Source: an uncultured Spirochaetaceae bacterium (lineage in GTDB: Bacteria > Spirochaetota > Spirochaetia > DSM-27196 > SLST01). From it: a DNA stretch of 64,000 nt. The stretch covers positions 12,379-76,378 of the forward strand of contig CAYWJH010000004.1 of assembly GCA_964458555.1 (NCBI GenBank). Reading direction: 5' to 3'. Positions 28,245 through 36,222 of this stretch are shown here, one piece after another. The position numbers were made by a program, and so were the translations under genes. Under the pieces are notes generated by a model that had not been told where the DNA came from, did not search any database, and was given only the letters and a program-made list of their open reading frames with translations. The stretch's first letter is position 1. Every line of letters starts with the position of its first letter.

Positions 28245-29101
28245 CCGACCAGCCCGTCCTGCTTGGGATCGTCGCCGTTCTCCTCAACGCCGGCGCGGGG
28301 TACGGCGCGTGGCGCCGCGGATCGGTGACCGCCGGCGGCGGGGTGGCCGGCGCGGTCGTCGGCGCCGTCATCCTCTTCGCCGGCGGGTTCACGTACTGGA
28401 TCATGCTGATGCTGTTTTTCGTGAGCTCGACCCTCGCGAGTCGTCTGGGCATCCGGCGAAAAAGACGGCTCGAGCGGATGCACGAGAAGGGCAGCCGCCG
28501 CGACGCGGTCCAGGTCTTCGCCAACGGGGCCGTTGCCGCCGTCGCCGTGGTCGCGCTTCGCACGACCGGAGGGCCGGTGTTCGCGCTCGCGGCGGCGGGC
28601 GCCTTTGCGAGCGTGAACGCGGACACGTGGGCGAGCGAGCTGGGGGTGCTCGCGAGGCGGCCGCCCCGGTCGATCGTGACCTGGCGGGAGCTCGAGCCGG
28701 GCACGTCCGGCGGCGTGTCGGTTCCCGGTACCGTCGCGGCCGCTGCCGGGTCGCTGGCGATCGCGGTGTGGTTCGCGCTTTCGGTGGGCTTCGCGGGTGA
28801 GCCGATGGAGGGCGCCGGGGGCGCGTTGCTCGCTCCCGCGACGATCGGGCCGGCCGCGGCGCTTCTCGTCGTCTGGCTCGCCGGGTTCGTCGGGACGACC
28901 GCGGACAGCGTGCTCGGCGCGACGGTGCAAGCGCTCTACCGCGACGAAAGCGGCGCGATCACCGAGCGCCGGCGCGGACCCGATGGCCCCAACGAACGCG
29001 CGCGGGGGATCCCGTTCGTGACGAACGACGTCGTGAACGCGGTGAGCTCGATCGTCGCGGCGGTTGCTGCGGGGTACGGGGGCAGCGTGCTGGGCGCGTA
29101 G
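28241..29101 (+). CDS. DUF92 / TMEM19-family membrane protein (VTE6-like polyprenyl-phosphate kinase candidate)
   Basis: 286 aa, polytopic. ..RRDAVQVFANGAVAAV.., ..NADTWASELG.., GTSGGVSVPGT. ATGA overlap with the upstream kinase at 28241-28244. Confidence 0.72.
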   Translation: MTDQPVLLGIVAVLLNAGAGYGAWRRGSVTAGGGVAGAVVGAVILFAGGFTYWIMLMLFFVSSTLASRLGIRRKRRLERMHEKGSRRDAVQVFANGAVAAVAVVALRTTGGPVFALAAAGAFASVNADTWASELGVLARRPPRSIVTWRELEPGTSGGVSVPGTVAAAAGSLAIAVWFALSVGFAGEPMEGAGGALLAPATIGPAAALLVVWLAGFVGTTADSVLGATVQALYRDESGAITERRRGPDGPNERARGIPFVTNDVVNAVSSIVAAVAAGYGGSVLGA

Positions 29102-29135
29102 GGCGCCTGAGGGCCGTGCCAGGCCGCCGACCCGC

Positions 29136-30428
29136 TCAGCTGCGCGCGCCGCGGCTGCCCGGCTCCTTCAGCCGGACGAACCGGACCTGGTTGCGGCCGT
29201 TCTCCTTGGCGATATAGAGCGCCTTGTCGGCGGCGTGCACGATGCGCGTCAGCGCGTGCCGCGGCGAGCGGCGCTCGGAGATACCCATGGATACCGTCAC
29301 GCCGATCCGCTTGCTGCCGAACGACGTTTCCATCTCTTCGATCGAGGCGCGCAACCGCTTCGCGAGCGGCACGACATCGCGGCCGGCCCGCCCCGGGAAG
29401 AAGACGATCAGCTCCTCACCGCCGTAGCGGCAGACCACGCCCTCGGGGATGACCGCCTTCTGGATCGCCTGCGCGACCGCGAAGAGAATGCGATCGCCCG
29501 CCTGATGACCGTACGTGTCGTTCACCTGCTTGAAGTGGTCTATGTCGATCATCATCACCGCGAAGGGCGGGCGGGTCGGCACGCTCGACTGCTCGGCGAG
29601 GATCTGGTTGCAGTACTCACGGTTGTAGATCTGCAGCAGCGGGTCGTATGAGACGCGGTGCTCCATGCGGGCGAGCAGGTGGGCGATGATCGCCGCGATC
29701 AGGAAGAGCGGCGCGGCCGTGGCGAAGAGCAGCATCACCACGTGCGGCGAGGTCGCGCTGTACCCGACGAAATCGAGCGCCGGCGGCAGCACCCACGAGC
29801 CGCCGGCGAGCACTGCGAGCCCCACGAACGCTCCGCGGAGATAGAAGCTCTGGGGACGCATGAGCGCGTTGATGACGAGCACCCCCACCGTGAGCGTCGC
29901 AGCGACGAGGACCGGGACCGAGACGAGACGTTCGGGCTCGAGCACCGCGAGAACGCCAACGGTCGCGGGGAAGAACCTGACTACCGCCAGAAGCACCACC
30001 TGCGCCGCGACGAGGATCCAGGTCGCGAGGCGTGTCGTGCGATAGGTGGGAAACGGCGGGACAAAGGTGTACGCGTAGGTGAGCCCGAGCGCGAGCGCGT
30101 AGACGAGGCGAGCGTAGCCGTCGGGCGGGTCGGGCACGAAGTCCGCATAGTAGCCACCGAAGCCGATGAAGAGCGCGAGGAGAACGCTGTGCAACCCCAC
30201 CGAGTACCCGGCGAGGTAGACGCGAAGATTCTGCACGCGAGGGTACGAGACGTGCCCGGCGAAGAGCGCGAGAGTGCCAAGCGCAAGCGCCGCCGACGGC
30301 AGGATCGTCCGCGTCAGCGCAACCGGAGGCAGCGGACCGGCGGCAACCGCGGCCGCCGCGATGCCGCCGAGGAGCGCCAGCGCCACGACGAGCAGCAAGC
30401 TTCCCCATCGGGCAGACCGGACGATCAT
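29136..30428 (-). CDS. Membrane-anchored diguanylate cyclase (GGDEF)
   Basis: ~8 N-terminal TM helices, then YDPLLQIYNREY..MMIDIDHFKQVNDTYGHQAGD..CRYGGEELIVFF. ATG 30428 (MIVRSARW..) overlaps the thyX TGA (ATGA). The track start is 30446. Confidence 0.85.
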   Translation of the reverse strand: MIVRSARWGSLLLVVALALLGGIAAAAVAAGPLPPVALTRTILPSAALALGTLALFAGHVSYPRVQNLRVYLAGYSVGLHSVLLALFIGFGGYYADFVPDPPDGYARLVYALALGLTYAYTFVPPFPTYRTTRLATWILVAAQVVLLAVVRFFPATVGVLAVLEPERLVSVPVLVAATLTVGVLVINALMRPQSFYLRGAFVGLAVLAGGSWVLPPALDFVGYSATSPHVVMLLFATAAPLFLIAAIIAHLLARMEHRVSYDPLLQIYNREYCNQILAEQSSVPTRPPFAVMMIDIDHFKQVNDTYGHQAGDRILFAVAQAIQKAVIPEGVVCRYGGEELIVFFPGRAGRDVVPLAKRLRASIEEMETSFGSKRIGVTVSMGISERRSPRHALTRIVHAADKALYIAKENGRNQVRFVRLKEPGSRGARS

Positions 30429-31336
30429 AGCTGACCGCCGCCCCACAGCTTCGCTACGAAGCGGTCGGCGGCCCTGCCGGTAATCCCGGCCGCCTCGGCC
30501 GCGGTACGCGCCCGCGTTTCGAGGTCACCTGCAGCGGCCCCGGCATCTGCGGTCTCGCTCGCCGGCGCGCCCGCGCTCAGCATCGTCTGCAGCGCATCGA
30601 GCTCGTCGCGCGAGAACCGGACCCCGGCGAGCATGTGTCGCCCGAACGACGCGCACGCAGCCGGACACACCTTTTTCGCGATTTCGAACATCTGCGTCGC
30701 GTAGAGGCGGATCTCCTTCTGGGCGTGCGCGTCCATGCGCAGCTTCAGAAAGCGAAAGAGATTGTGGAGGTCGATCTGCCAGTACCACTCGGTGTAGAGA
30801 CTCAGGGGCAGGTTGATGCGCGCGAGCTCCCGGGCGATCCCGTCGTCGAGGAGCTTCGTGTAGGAGGCGTAGGCGTCGGCCTGGCCCGCGCGCACGAGCG
30901 CCTGAACGCGCGCCTCCTCGTCGGACGACAGCCGCTCCTCGGATCGGCCCTGCTTGTTGTCGGCGCTCTGGACCGCGATGTCTTCGCCCGAAGGCACGTA
31001 GAACTCGTCCTTCATGACGCTGTAGCGGCCGCTGATCTCGTTGAGTCGCGCCATCCGGTGGCGGACCCACTGCCGCGCGACGAAGATGGGCATCTTCGCG
31101 TGAAAGGTCAGCACGACCTGCTCGAACGGCGAGGTGTGCTCGTTGCGCAGGAGGTAATCGATGAGCGCCGCGTCCTTGCGGTAGCTCTTCGTGCCCTCGC
31201 CGTAGGATACGCGCGCCGACTGGACGATCCGCTGGTCGCCACCGAGGTAATCGACGAGCCGCACGAACCCCTTGTCGAGGACCGGGAACTCGCGGTCGAG
31301 AATCTCTTCTGCTTCGGGAACGACGACGTGTGCCAT
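30425..31336 (-). CDS. thyX: FAD-dependent thymidylate synthase ThyX
   Basis: Internal ATG 31336 gives MAHVVVPEAEEILDREFPVLDKGFVRLVDYLG. ThyX motif RHRMARLNEIS (RHR-x7-S). ~60-aa Ala/Gly-rich C-terminal tail. Confidence 0.88.
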   Translation of the reverse strand: MAHVVVPEAEEILDREFPVLDKGFVRLVDYLGGDQRIVQSARVSYGEGTKSYRKDAALIDYLLRNEHTSPFEQVVLTFHAKMPIFVARQWVRHRMARLNEISGRYSVMKDEFYVPSGEDIAVQSADNKQGRSEERLSSDEEARVQALVRAGQADAYASYTKLLDDGIARELARINLPLSLYTEWYWQIDLHNLFRFLKLRMDAHAQKEIRLYATQMFEIAKKVCPAACASFGRHMLAGVRFSRDELDALQTMLSAGAPASETADAGAAAGDLETRARTAAEAAGITGRAADRFVAKLWGGGQL

Positions 31337-31427
31337 GAGCCTCCACGCATTATCCGCGGGCCGGCGCCGGCTGTAAAGAAGCTGCGGCTCTGGCCCAACC
31401 CGCGGCGCTTCACTACCTTCTTCGCGT

Positions 31428-32594
31428 ATGATCGATCGGCTCCGACGCGCACTCGCAGTCATCACCCTTGTCGTGGCCACCGCCGGACCGATCGCAGCCC
31501 AGGAGGAACTCGTCACGGTCTTCAGCGAATCACGGGACGACCGGTCGGTCGTGCTGCGGGCGAGCAGCACGCACATCGTTCCGGTCTATCTGACGGTCGA
31601 CCTTCCCCGACTCATCAACATGCAACCCGACGCCGAGCTCCCCTACGGTGTCCAGCTCGATCCGGGTTCCCAGGGGGTCAAGCTGTTCACGCTGAGCCCA
31701 ACCGCGCGGCAGGGACGGATCGGCTACAGCGTCTCCTACAGCTACGCCCGGGGCAACCCGGAAACCGCGAAGCACGACGACGATTTCCGCTACGTCGTTC
31801 CGTTCGCGCACGGCGAGAAGCGCAGGCTCTCGCAGGGGTTCGGGGGCCGATTCTCGCACTACGGAGAGAACGAGTACGCGATCGACTTCGAGATGCCGGG
31901 GGGAACGCCGGTGTTCGCCGCGCGCGGCGGCGTCGTGGCGGAGGTGAAGGAAGACTCGCGTGTTGGCGGGACGAGCGCAAGCTACGGTGACGACGCAAAT
32001 TACATCCTCGTCATGCACGAAGACGGCAGCTTCGCCAACTACGCGCATCTGCGGTACGGCGGGGCGGAAGTCGCGCCCGGTGACCGCGTGAGCGAAGGGC
32101 AGCTCGTCGGCTACAGCGGCAATACGGGACGCTCCTCGGGCCCGCACCTCCACTTCGACGTGCGCATCCCCACCCGCGAGGGCCGAATGCAGTCGATTCC
32201 CTTCCTCCTCCGCGGACCGGACGGGCAGGCGCTCGCCCCGGAGGAAGGCCGATTCTACTACGCCTACCACCCCGGCGGACCCGAGTTCCGCGCGGAGTTC
32301 GGGCGCGACATCGTCGCCTCCGACTTCGCCGGCTACGCCGAGCCGTTCACCGCGCGCGAGGACGTCGACGCGCGCGTCGAACAGGTCGACTTGACCTTCG
32401 TCCTCTTCGTCCAGAACGGCTACGACCGCGAGGTGGAGGTGGAGATCTCGCTCGACCTCCGCGGGCTCCGTTCGGACAACGGCCGGCGGATCACACGGAC
32501 GGTACCGCCGCAGACCGAGCTCTTCCTCACCATCCTCCGCCCCATCGACGGCGCCTCGGGCATCCAGTACGGGTACAGCCTCAGGGCGCGGTAG
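31428..32594 (+). CDS. M23-family metallopeptidase, secreted
   Basis: Signal peptide ALAVITLVVATAGPIAAQEE. YAIDFEMPGGTPVFAARGG, HEDGSFANYAHL, GNTGRSSGPHLHFDV. Confidence 0.85.
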   Translation: MIDRLRRALAVITLVVATAGPIAAQEELVTVFSESRDDRSVVLRASSTHIVPVYLTVDLPRLINMQPDAELPYGVQLDPGSQGVKLFTLSPTARQGRIGYSVSYSYARGNPETAKHDDDFRYVVPFAHGEKRRLSQGFGGRFSHYGENEYAIDFEMPGGTPVFAARGGVVAEVKEDSRVGGTSASYGDDANYILVMHEDGSFANYAHLRYGGAEVAPGDRVSEGQLVGYSGNTGRSSGPHLHFDVRIPTREGRMQSIPFLLRGPDGQALAPEEGRFYYAYHPGGPEFRAEFGRDIVASDFAGYAEPFTAREDVDARVEQVDLTFVLFVQNGYDREVEVEISLDLRGLRSDNGRRITRTVPPQTELFLTILRPIDGASGIQYGYSLRAR

Positions 32595-32622
32595 CGGTCG
32601 GCCGGGCTCGCGCGGAAGTGCG

Positions 32623-33213
32623 CTACACGAAGAGCGCGAAGAACGTCACAGCGGCGGTGACGACGGCAAGCCCGATGACCATTGTCCACTGCAGCGCGGC
32701 GAAGCGCTTGTCGGAGTGCGCCTGTGCGTCGCCAAAGCGTCTGTCCATGGACGTCAGCATCTCCTCGAAGCGCGTGTCCGTGGACGCCCGGGCGTCGTCG
32801 AAGCGCCTGTCCATGGCCTCGAAGCGCTTGTCGAACGACGTCTGCATGTCCTCGAAGCGCCTGTCCATAGCCTCGAAGCGCTTGTCGAACGACGTCTGCA
32901 TGTCCTCGAACCGCTTGTCCACGGCCTCGAAGCGCTTCTCCATCAGGGCCAGCACCTCCTCGAACCGCCGGTCAACCGCCTCAAACCGCCGATCGACGGC
33001 GTCGAAACGGGTTGCCATCAGTTCGCGCTGTGCCCTGAGCTCCTCTTCAACACGAACCATGCGCTCGAGCAGTTGCGTGTCGATTTCGGTCGACCGCGGC
33101 GGGATCATCTCCAGAACGGTGTCCCTCAGCCACGGCTTCACGTAGTCGGCGATTCGTCTGACGTCCTCTGCTCCCAGCGCCATACTCGGGTCTCCCATCA
33201 CGGGCACCTCCAC
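32623..33213 (-). CDS. Tail-anchored coiled-coil repeat protein (RFExxDxRF repeats)
   Basis: 196 aa. Residues ~50-165 are iterations of ..RF[ED]xxDxRFE... A single C-terminal TM helix WTMVIGLAVVTAAVTFFALFV follows. Confidence 0.7.
   Translation of the reverse strand: MEVPVMGDPSMALGAEDVRRIADYVKPWLRDTVLEMIPPRSTEIDTQLLERMVRVEEELRAQRELMATRFDAVDRRFEAVDRRFEEVLALMEKRFEAVDKRFEDMQTSFDKRFEAMDRRFEDMQTSFDKRFEAMDRRFDDARASTDTRFEEMLTSMDRRFGDAQAHSDKRFAALQWTMVIGLAVVTAAVTFFALFV
32800..32907. repeat. 54-bp tandem duplication (2 copies, 1 synonymous mismatch) inside the coiled-coil gene
   Basis: 32800-32853 and 32854-32907 are identical except G at 32815 versus A at 32869. Each copy encodes EDMQTSFDKRFEAMDRRF. 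More degenerate copies flank it (~32740-33010). Confidence 0.9.
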
Positions 33214-33405
33214 TATAGTCCCTACGCGAAGAAACGTGAAGCTGCTTCACAAGCAGATCGAGGACGATGAGGAGAAGAGGCGGGGAACACCATGCCTGCT
33301 GTACGGTGATATCCCCGAGCTCCACGTCGGCAGCGCGTATCTGGCCGGAATTGCGAAGAGTCTGTATTTGAACGCTGCGTAGCTTCCATCTATACTACAT
33401 GCATA

Positions 33406-33744
33406 ATGCTTCTGAATCCAGCTTTCACGGAAGAGAAACTCAAAACCGCCAGGGAGATGAGTGAGAGGATAGTACAACGTATCGATCCCGAAATCGTTTT
33501 GCTTTTCGGTTCGGTTGCCAGAGGATGTGCTCGTGAGTCGAGCGACATCGATCTGCTCATTGTTAGGGAGAGTAATATGACGTTTAAGGAACGCATGAAC
33601 GTACTCTATTCCGAAATCGACAGATCCGATGACGTTGACTTACTGTGGTACACGAATACTGAGCTCGAAACGATGAAACCAAAAAGCTCGTTTATCCGCA
33701 TGGCGCTACGCGAAGGAACGGTACTGTATGAACGAAACCGATAA
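33406..33744 (+). CDS. Minimal nucleotidyltransferase (MNT; MntA-type antitoxin)
   Basis: 112 aa. GSVARGCARESSDIDLLIV (GS-x9-DxD). Low-GC region. 17-nt overlap with the downstream HEPN gene. Confidence 0.85.
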   Translation: MLLNPAFTEEKLKTAREMSERIVQRIDPEIVLLFGSVARGCARESSDIDLLIVRESNMTFKERMNVLYSEIDRSDDVDLLWYTNTELETMKPKSSFIRMALREGTVLYERNR

Positions 33745-34171
33745 AAACCGGAATGTGGATAGCGAAGCTGTTCGATGGTTGGAACAAGCACGTCAGGACT
33801 ACAAGAGTGCCGAGGTTCTGCGGGACGGCGAGCGATACTATATGGTTTGCTTTATTTCGCAGCAGATCGCGGAGAAAGCACTCAAAGCATATCTGTATAG
33901 CCGAGGACACGACCTTGTTTTCGGACACTCGGTGGCCAAGCTATGCGATTCGTGCGTGCCCTATGATCCGAAGTATTCCGAGCTCAAATCGGAAATCAAA
34001 AACCTGGATCAATACTACATAGCAGCACGATACCCGAACGGATTACCTGAAAGCGTTCCGGCCGAGTTTTTCGATGAAACCGACGCACGCCATGCTTTGG
34101 CGATGGCAAAACAGGCACTCGATACGGTGGAAACCGATGTACGTCGGCCACCGGACGAAAGCCGCAGTTGA
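33728..34171 (+). CDS. HEPN-domain protein (HepT-type toxin candidate)
   Basis: 147 aa, helical. ..ISQQIAEKALKAYLYSRGHDLVFGHSVAKLCD..QYYIAARYP.. is typical of PF05168-type HEPN partners of MNT. I do not see a clean Rx4-6H spacing. Confidence 0.8.
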   Translation: MNETDKNRNVDSEAVRWLEQARQDYKSAEVLRDGERYYMVCFISQQIAEKALKAYLYSRGHDLVFGHSVAKLCDSCVPYDPKYSELKSEIKNLDQYYIAARYPNGLPESVPAEFFDETDARHALAMAKQALDTVETDVRRPPDESRS

Positions 34172-34189
34172 GCGCCGAAAAAAGTGGAG

Positions 34190-34645
34190 TTACCGGACGC
34201 TCTGGATCGTGTCAGGAATCGGTTCGCCGAGAATGATCACCCGGATGACCCGGTCGAGCGGGTTGGTCTCGCTCGGAACAAAGCCGAACGTGATGGGCAC
34301 GCCGGACTGCTGCACATCGGTTGTGAGCGTTCCTTCCAGCGTACTCACCCCCGGATAGTCGTCCAGCTCATCGCCGGCGCTCAGACCGCTGATCGCGAAC
34401 GGCTGCTCACCGACCCGGAACACGGTCGTGTCCCAGAAGGTCGCCGTCACCATGTTATCGTAGTTCGTCGCCGTCGAGCTCCAGTGCGACTGCATCTCCT
34501 CGTAATCCCGGGGAGACGCGTTCGCCGTCTCGATGAACGCATTCGCGCGCTCGGTGTCGTCCATCGCCGTCAACCAACCACAACCGGACAGCACCACGAC
34601 GGCGGCGGTCAGAACAACACCAAGCAGAATCGTCTTCGTCTTCAT
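34190..34645 (-). CDS. Hypothetical lipoprotein
   Basis: 151 aa with lipobox VVLSGCGW. No family recognised. Confidence 0.6.
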   Translation of the reverse strand: MKTKTILLGVVLTAAVVVLSGCGWLTAMDDTERANAFIETANASPRDYEEMQSHWSSTATNYDNMVTATFWDTTVFRVGEQPFAISGLSAGDELDDYPGVSTLEGTLTTDVQQSGVPITFGFVPSETNPLDRVIRVIILGEPIPDTIQSVR

Positions 34646-34655
34646 AGGGCCTCCA

Positions 34656-35672
34656 TCACAGATCGGCGGCGACGAGGTAGGACGTCACCGTGGCTTCATA
34701 CTCGGAACGCAATGCGGCGAGCTCCTCGCGGAACTCCTGCAGTACCGGCGCGTCCGGTTCGAGGAAGTACGCGGCCTCCATCTCTGCCGCGAGCCTCGAC
34801 ACGACGTACTGATCCAAGGATAGCGCAGAAAGCACGATGAATCTCAGATCGACGAAGGCGGCGCGGGCCTCGCGGCGCAGGGGCATGACGGTCTCCGCGA
34901 AATACTCTTCCCGTGCTTCCTGACCGTCCTCCTCTCCGATCTCGTTCATTCGCTCGGTCTCCGCCTCGGAGCGCCCGAGCAACCCCTCCACCGCCGGCCC
35001 CCGCCGTTTGATCTCGGCGATGATGTCGCGCATCTCGGCGGCGACGCCGCGAAGCGCGGGAAGCGGGGCGTCGAGGAAGCCGTCGACGAGGCCGGCGTTC
35101 CAGACGCCGTAGTCGATGGGCTGCTCGAGGAAGGCGAAGACGTTGCTCGGTCCGCGGCCGGGGGTGACCTCGACGCCCTCTTCGGGGCCGAGCGTGACGC
35201 TCTCTTCGCCCTCGCCTATCTCGACGAGGCCTTCGATGACCTCGAACCGCGTGGTGCCGTCGCTGCCGGCGTAGACGACGACCTCGGTGCCGCGCACGCC
35301 GGCGGCGGCGGTCGTGGAGCCGATCTGCGGCTCGTTGCCGAGCACGGCGTTGAACTTGAACGCGAAGGATCCAACGGCGGTCGACAGGCGCGAGGTCTGC
35401 TCGCCGTCCGGGCGGGTACTCGAGCCGATGAGGAAGACGGTGTCCGGCCGGACGGTCACCAGACCACCGGCGGCGAGCTCGAGCTCGGCCTCCGCCCCGC
35501 GGCCGGTGACGACGCGGTCGCCGGCCTGAAGCTCGTCGCCGAAGTCGGCGGGATAGGTGGCCCCGGACTCCTTGCGGATATCTACGATCCCGTCGAGATA
35601 GGTAACCGTCGCGTCCTGCGCGAAGAGGCTCGCGGCGAGGAGAAAGAGCAAAATCGGCATCAGGCGCTTCAT
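34656..35672 (-). CDS. FecR-domain secreted protein
   Basis: Signal peptide MKRLMPILLFLLAASLFAQDA. N-terminal VTYLDGIVDIRK..GDELQAGDRVVTGRGAEAELELAAGGLVTVRPDTVF is FecR-like. The C-terminal half is helical. Confidence 0.7.
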   Translation of the reverse strand: MKRLMPILLFLLAASLFAQDATVTYLDGIVDIRKESGATYPADFGDELQAGDRVVTGRGAEAELELAAGGLVTVRPDTVFLIGSSTRPDGEQTSRLSTAVGSFAFKFNAVLGNEPQIGSTTAAAGVRGTEVVVYAGSDGTTRFEVIEGLVEIGEGEESVTLGPEEGVEVTPGRGPSNVFAFLEQPIDYGVWNAGLVDGFLDAPLPALRGVAAEMRDIIAEIKRRGPAVEGLLGRSEAETERMNEIGEEDGQEAREEYFAETVMPLRREARAAFVDLRFIVLSALSLDQYVVSRLAAEMEAAYFLEPDAPVLQEFREELAALRSEYEATVTSYLVAADL

Positions 35673-36106
35673 CGGTGCCCCCTCTTCAGACCCAGCAGGA
35701 GCGGAAGCCTGTCAGCCTCGCCTCCCACGATGAGCGACACGCGCCCCGCGGTGCTATCTACGGTGACGATACGGGCGTCGTCGGGGAGTCGGTCGTAGAA
35801 GACCCCCACGTCGAACCGCGCGGCAGCCGGCGGCGCGATGGCGACCGTCGACGCGCCGATCTGCGGCGTCAGCACGAGCCCGGCGGCCTTCACGCGCGCG
35901 AGCACGGCCTCGACATCGGACTCTGCGTAGAGCACCTGGTCGTCGAAGAGGAAGGGAACGCCGGTGTTCGCCACGAGCTCGCCGGCCGGGAGCGTGTTGA
36001 ACCGGTCGACCAGCTCGAGCACGCGGTCGTCGCGCTGCGACGGCGCGGTGGCGCACGCGCCGATCAGGAGCACCGCGAGGGCGGCGCCAATCACTCGCAT
36101 CTTCAT
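35669..36106 (-). CDS. Hypothetical lipoprotein
   Basis: 145 aa with lipobox LLIGACA. 4-nt overlap with the FecR-domain gene. Confidence 0.55.
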   Translation of the reverse strand: MKMRVIGAALAVLLIGACATAPSQRDDRVLELVDRFNTLPAGELVANTGVPFLFDDQVLYAESDVEAVLARVKAAGLVLTPQIGASTVAIAPPAAARFDVGVFYDRLPDDARIVTVDSTAGRVSLIVGGEADRLPLLLGLKRGHR

Positions 36107-36222
36107 CAGGACCCCCGACTAAGGGTATGCCGCCGGCGGGGCTTTTTCAACTGGAATCGTGCGGTACACGCCGGGAGCGCGCGCGGGTTCTCGCGGACAC
36201 TCCATTGTGGTAGCTTCCGCCC

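Noticed and set aside
32740-33010. Tandem repeats considered as a possible CRISPR array or minisatellite
   Set aside because: The repeats are contiguous with no unique spacers, have 54-bp and shorter periods, and are in frame within a CDS. No cas genes are nearby.
32618-33145. 175-aa plus-strand ORF with striking KRLS/SKRLS repeats
   Set aside because: It is the antisense reading of the RFExxDxRF repeat gene. The minus-strand product has a coherent coiled-coil plus C-terminal TM architecture and a sensible start, while the plus-strand product is Ser/Arg/Lys low-complexity without either.
33251-33382. 43-codon frame KQIEDDEEKRRGTPCLLYGDIPELHVGSAYLAG... faintly resembling the DDxxD-RRG-P region of polyprenyl synthases
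   Set aside because: The resemblance is limited to DD..RRG.P. The spacing does not fit the FARM region, there is no start codon, and the segment is short. It is probably coincidence in the promoter region of the MNT/HEPN islet.
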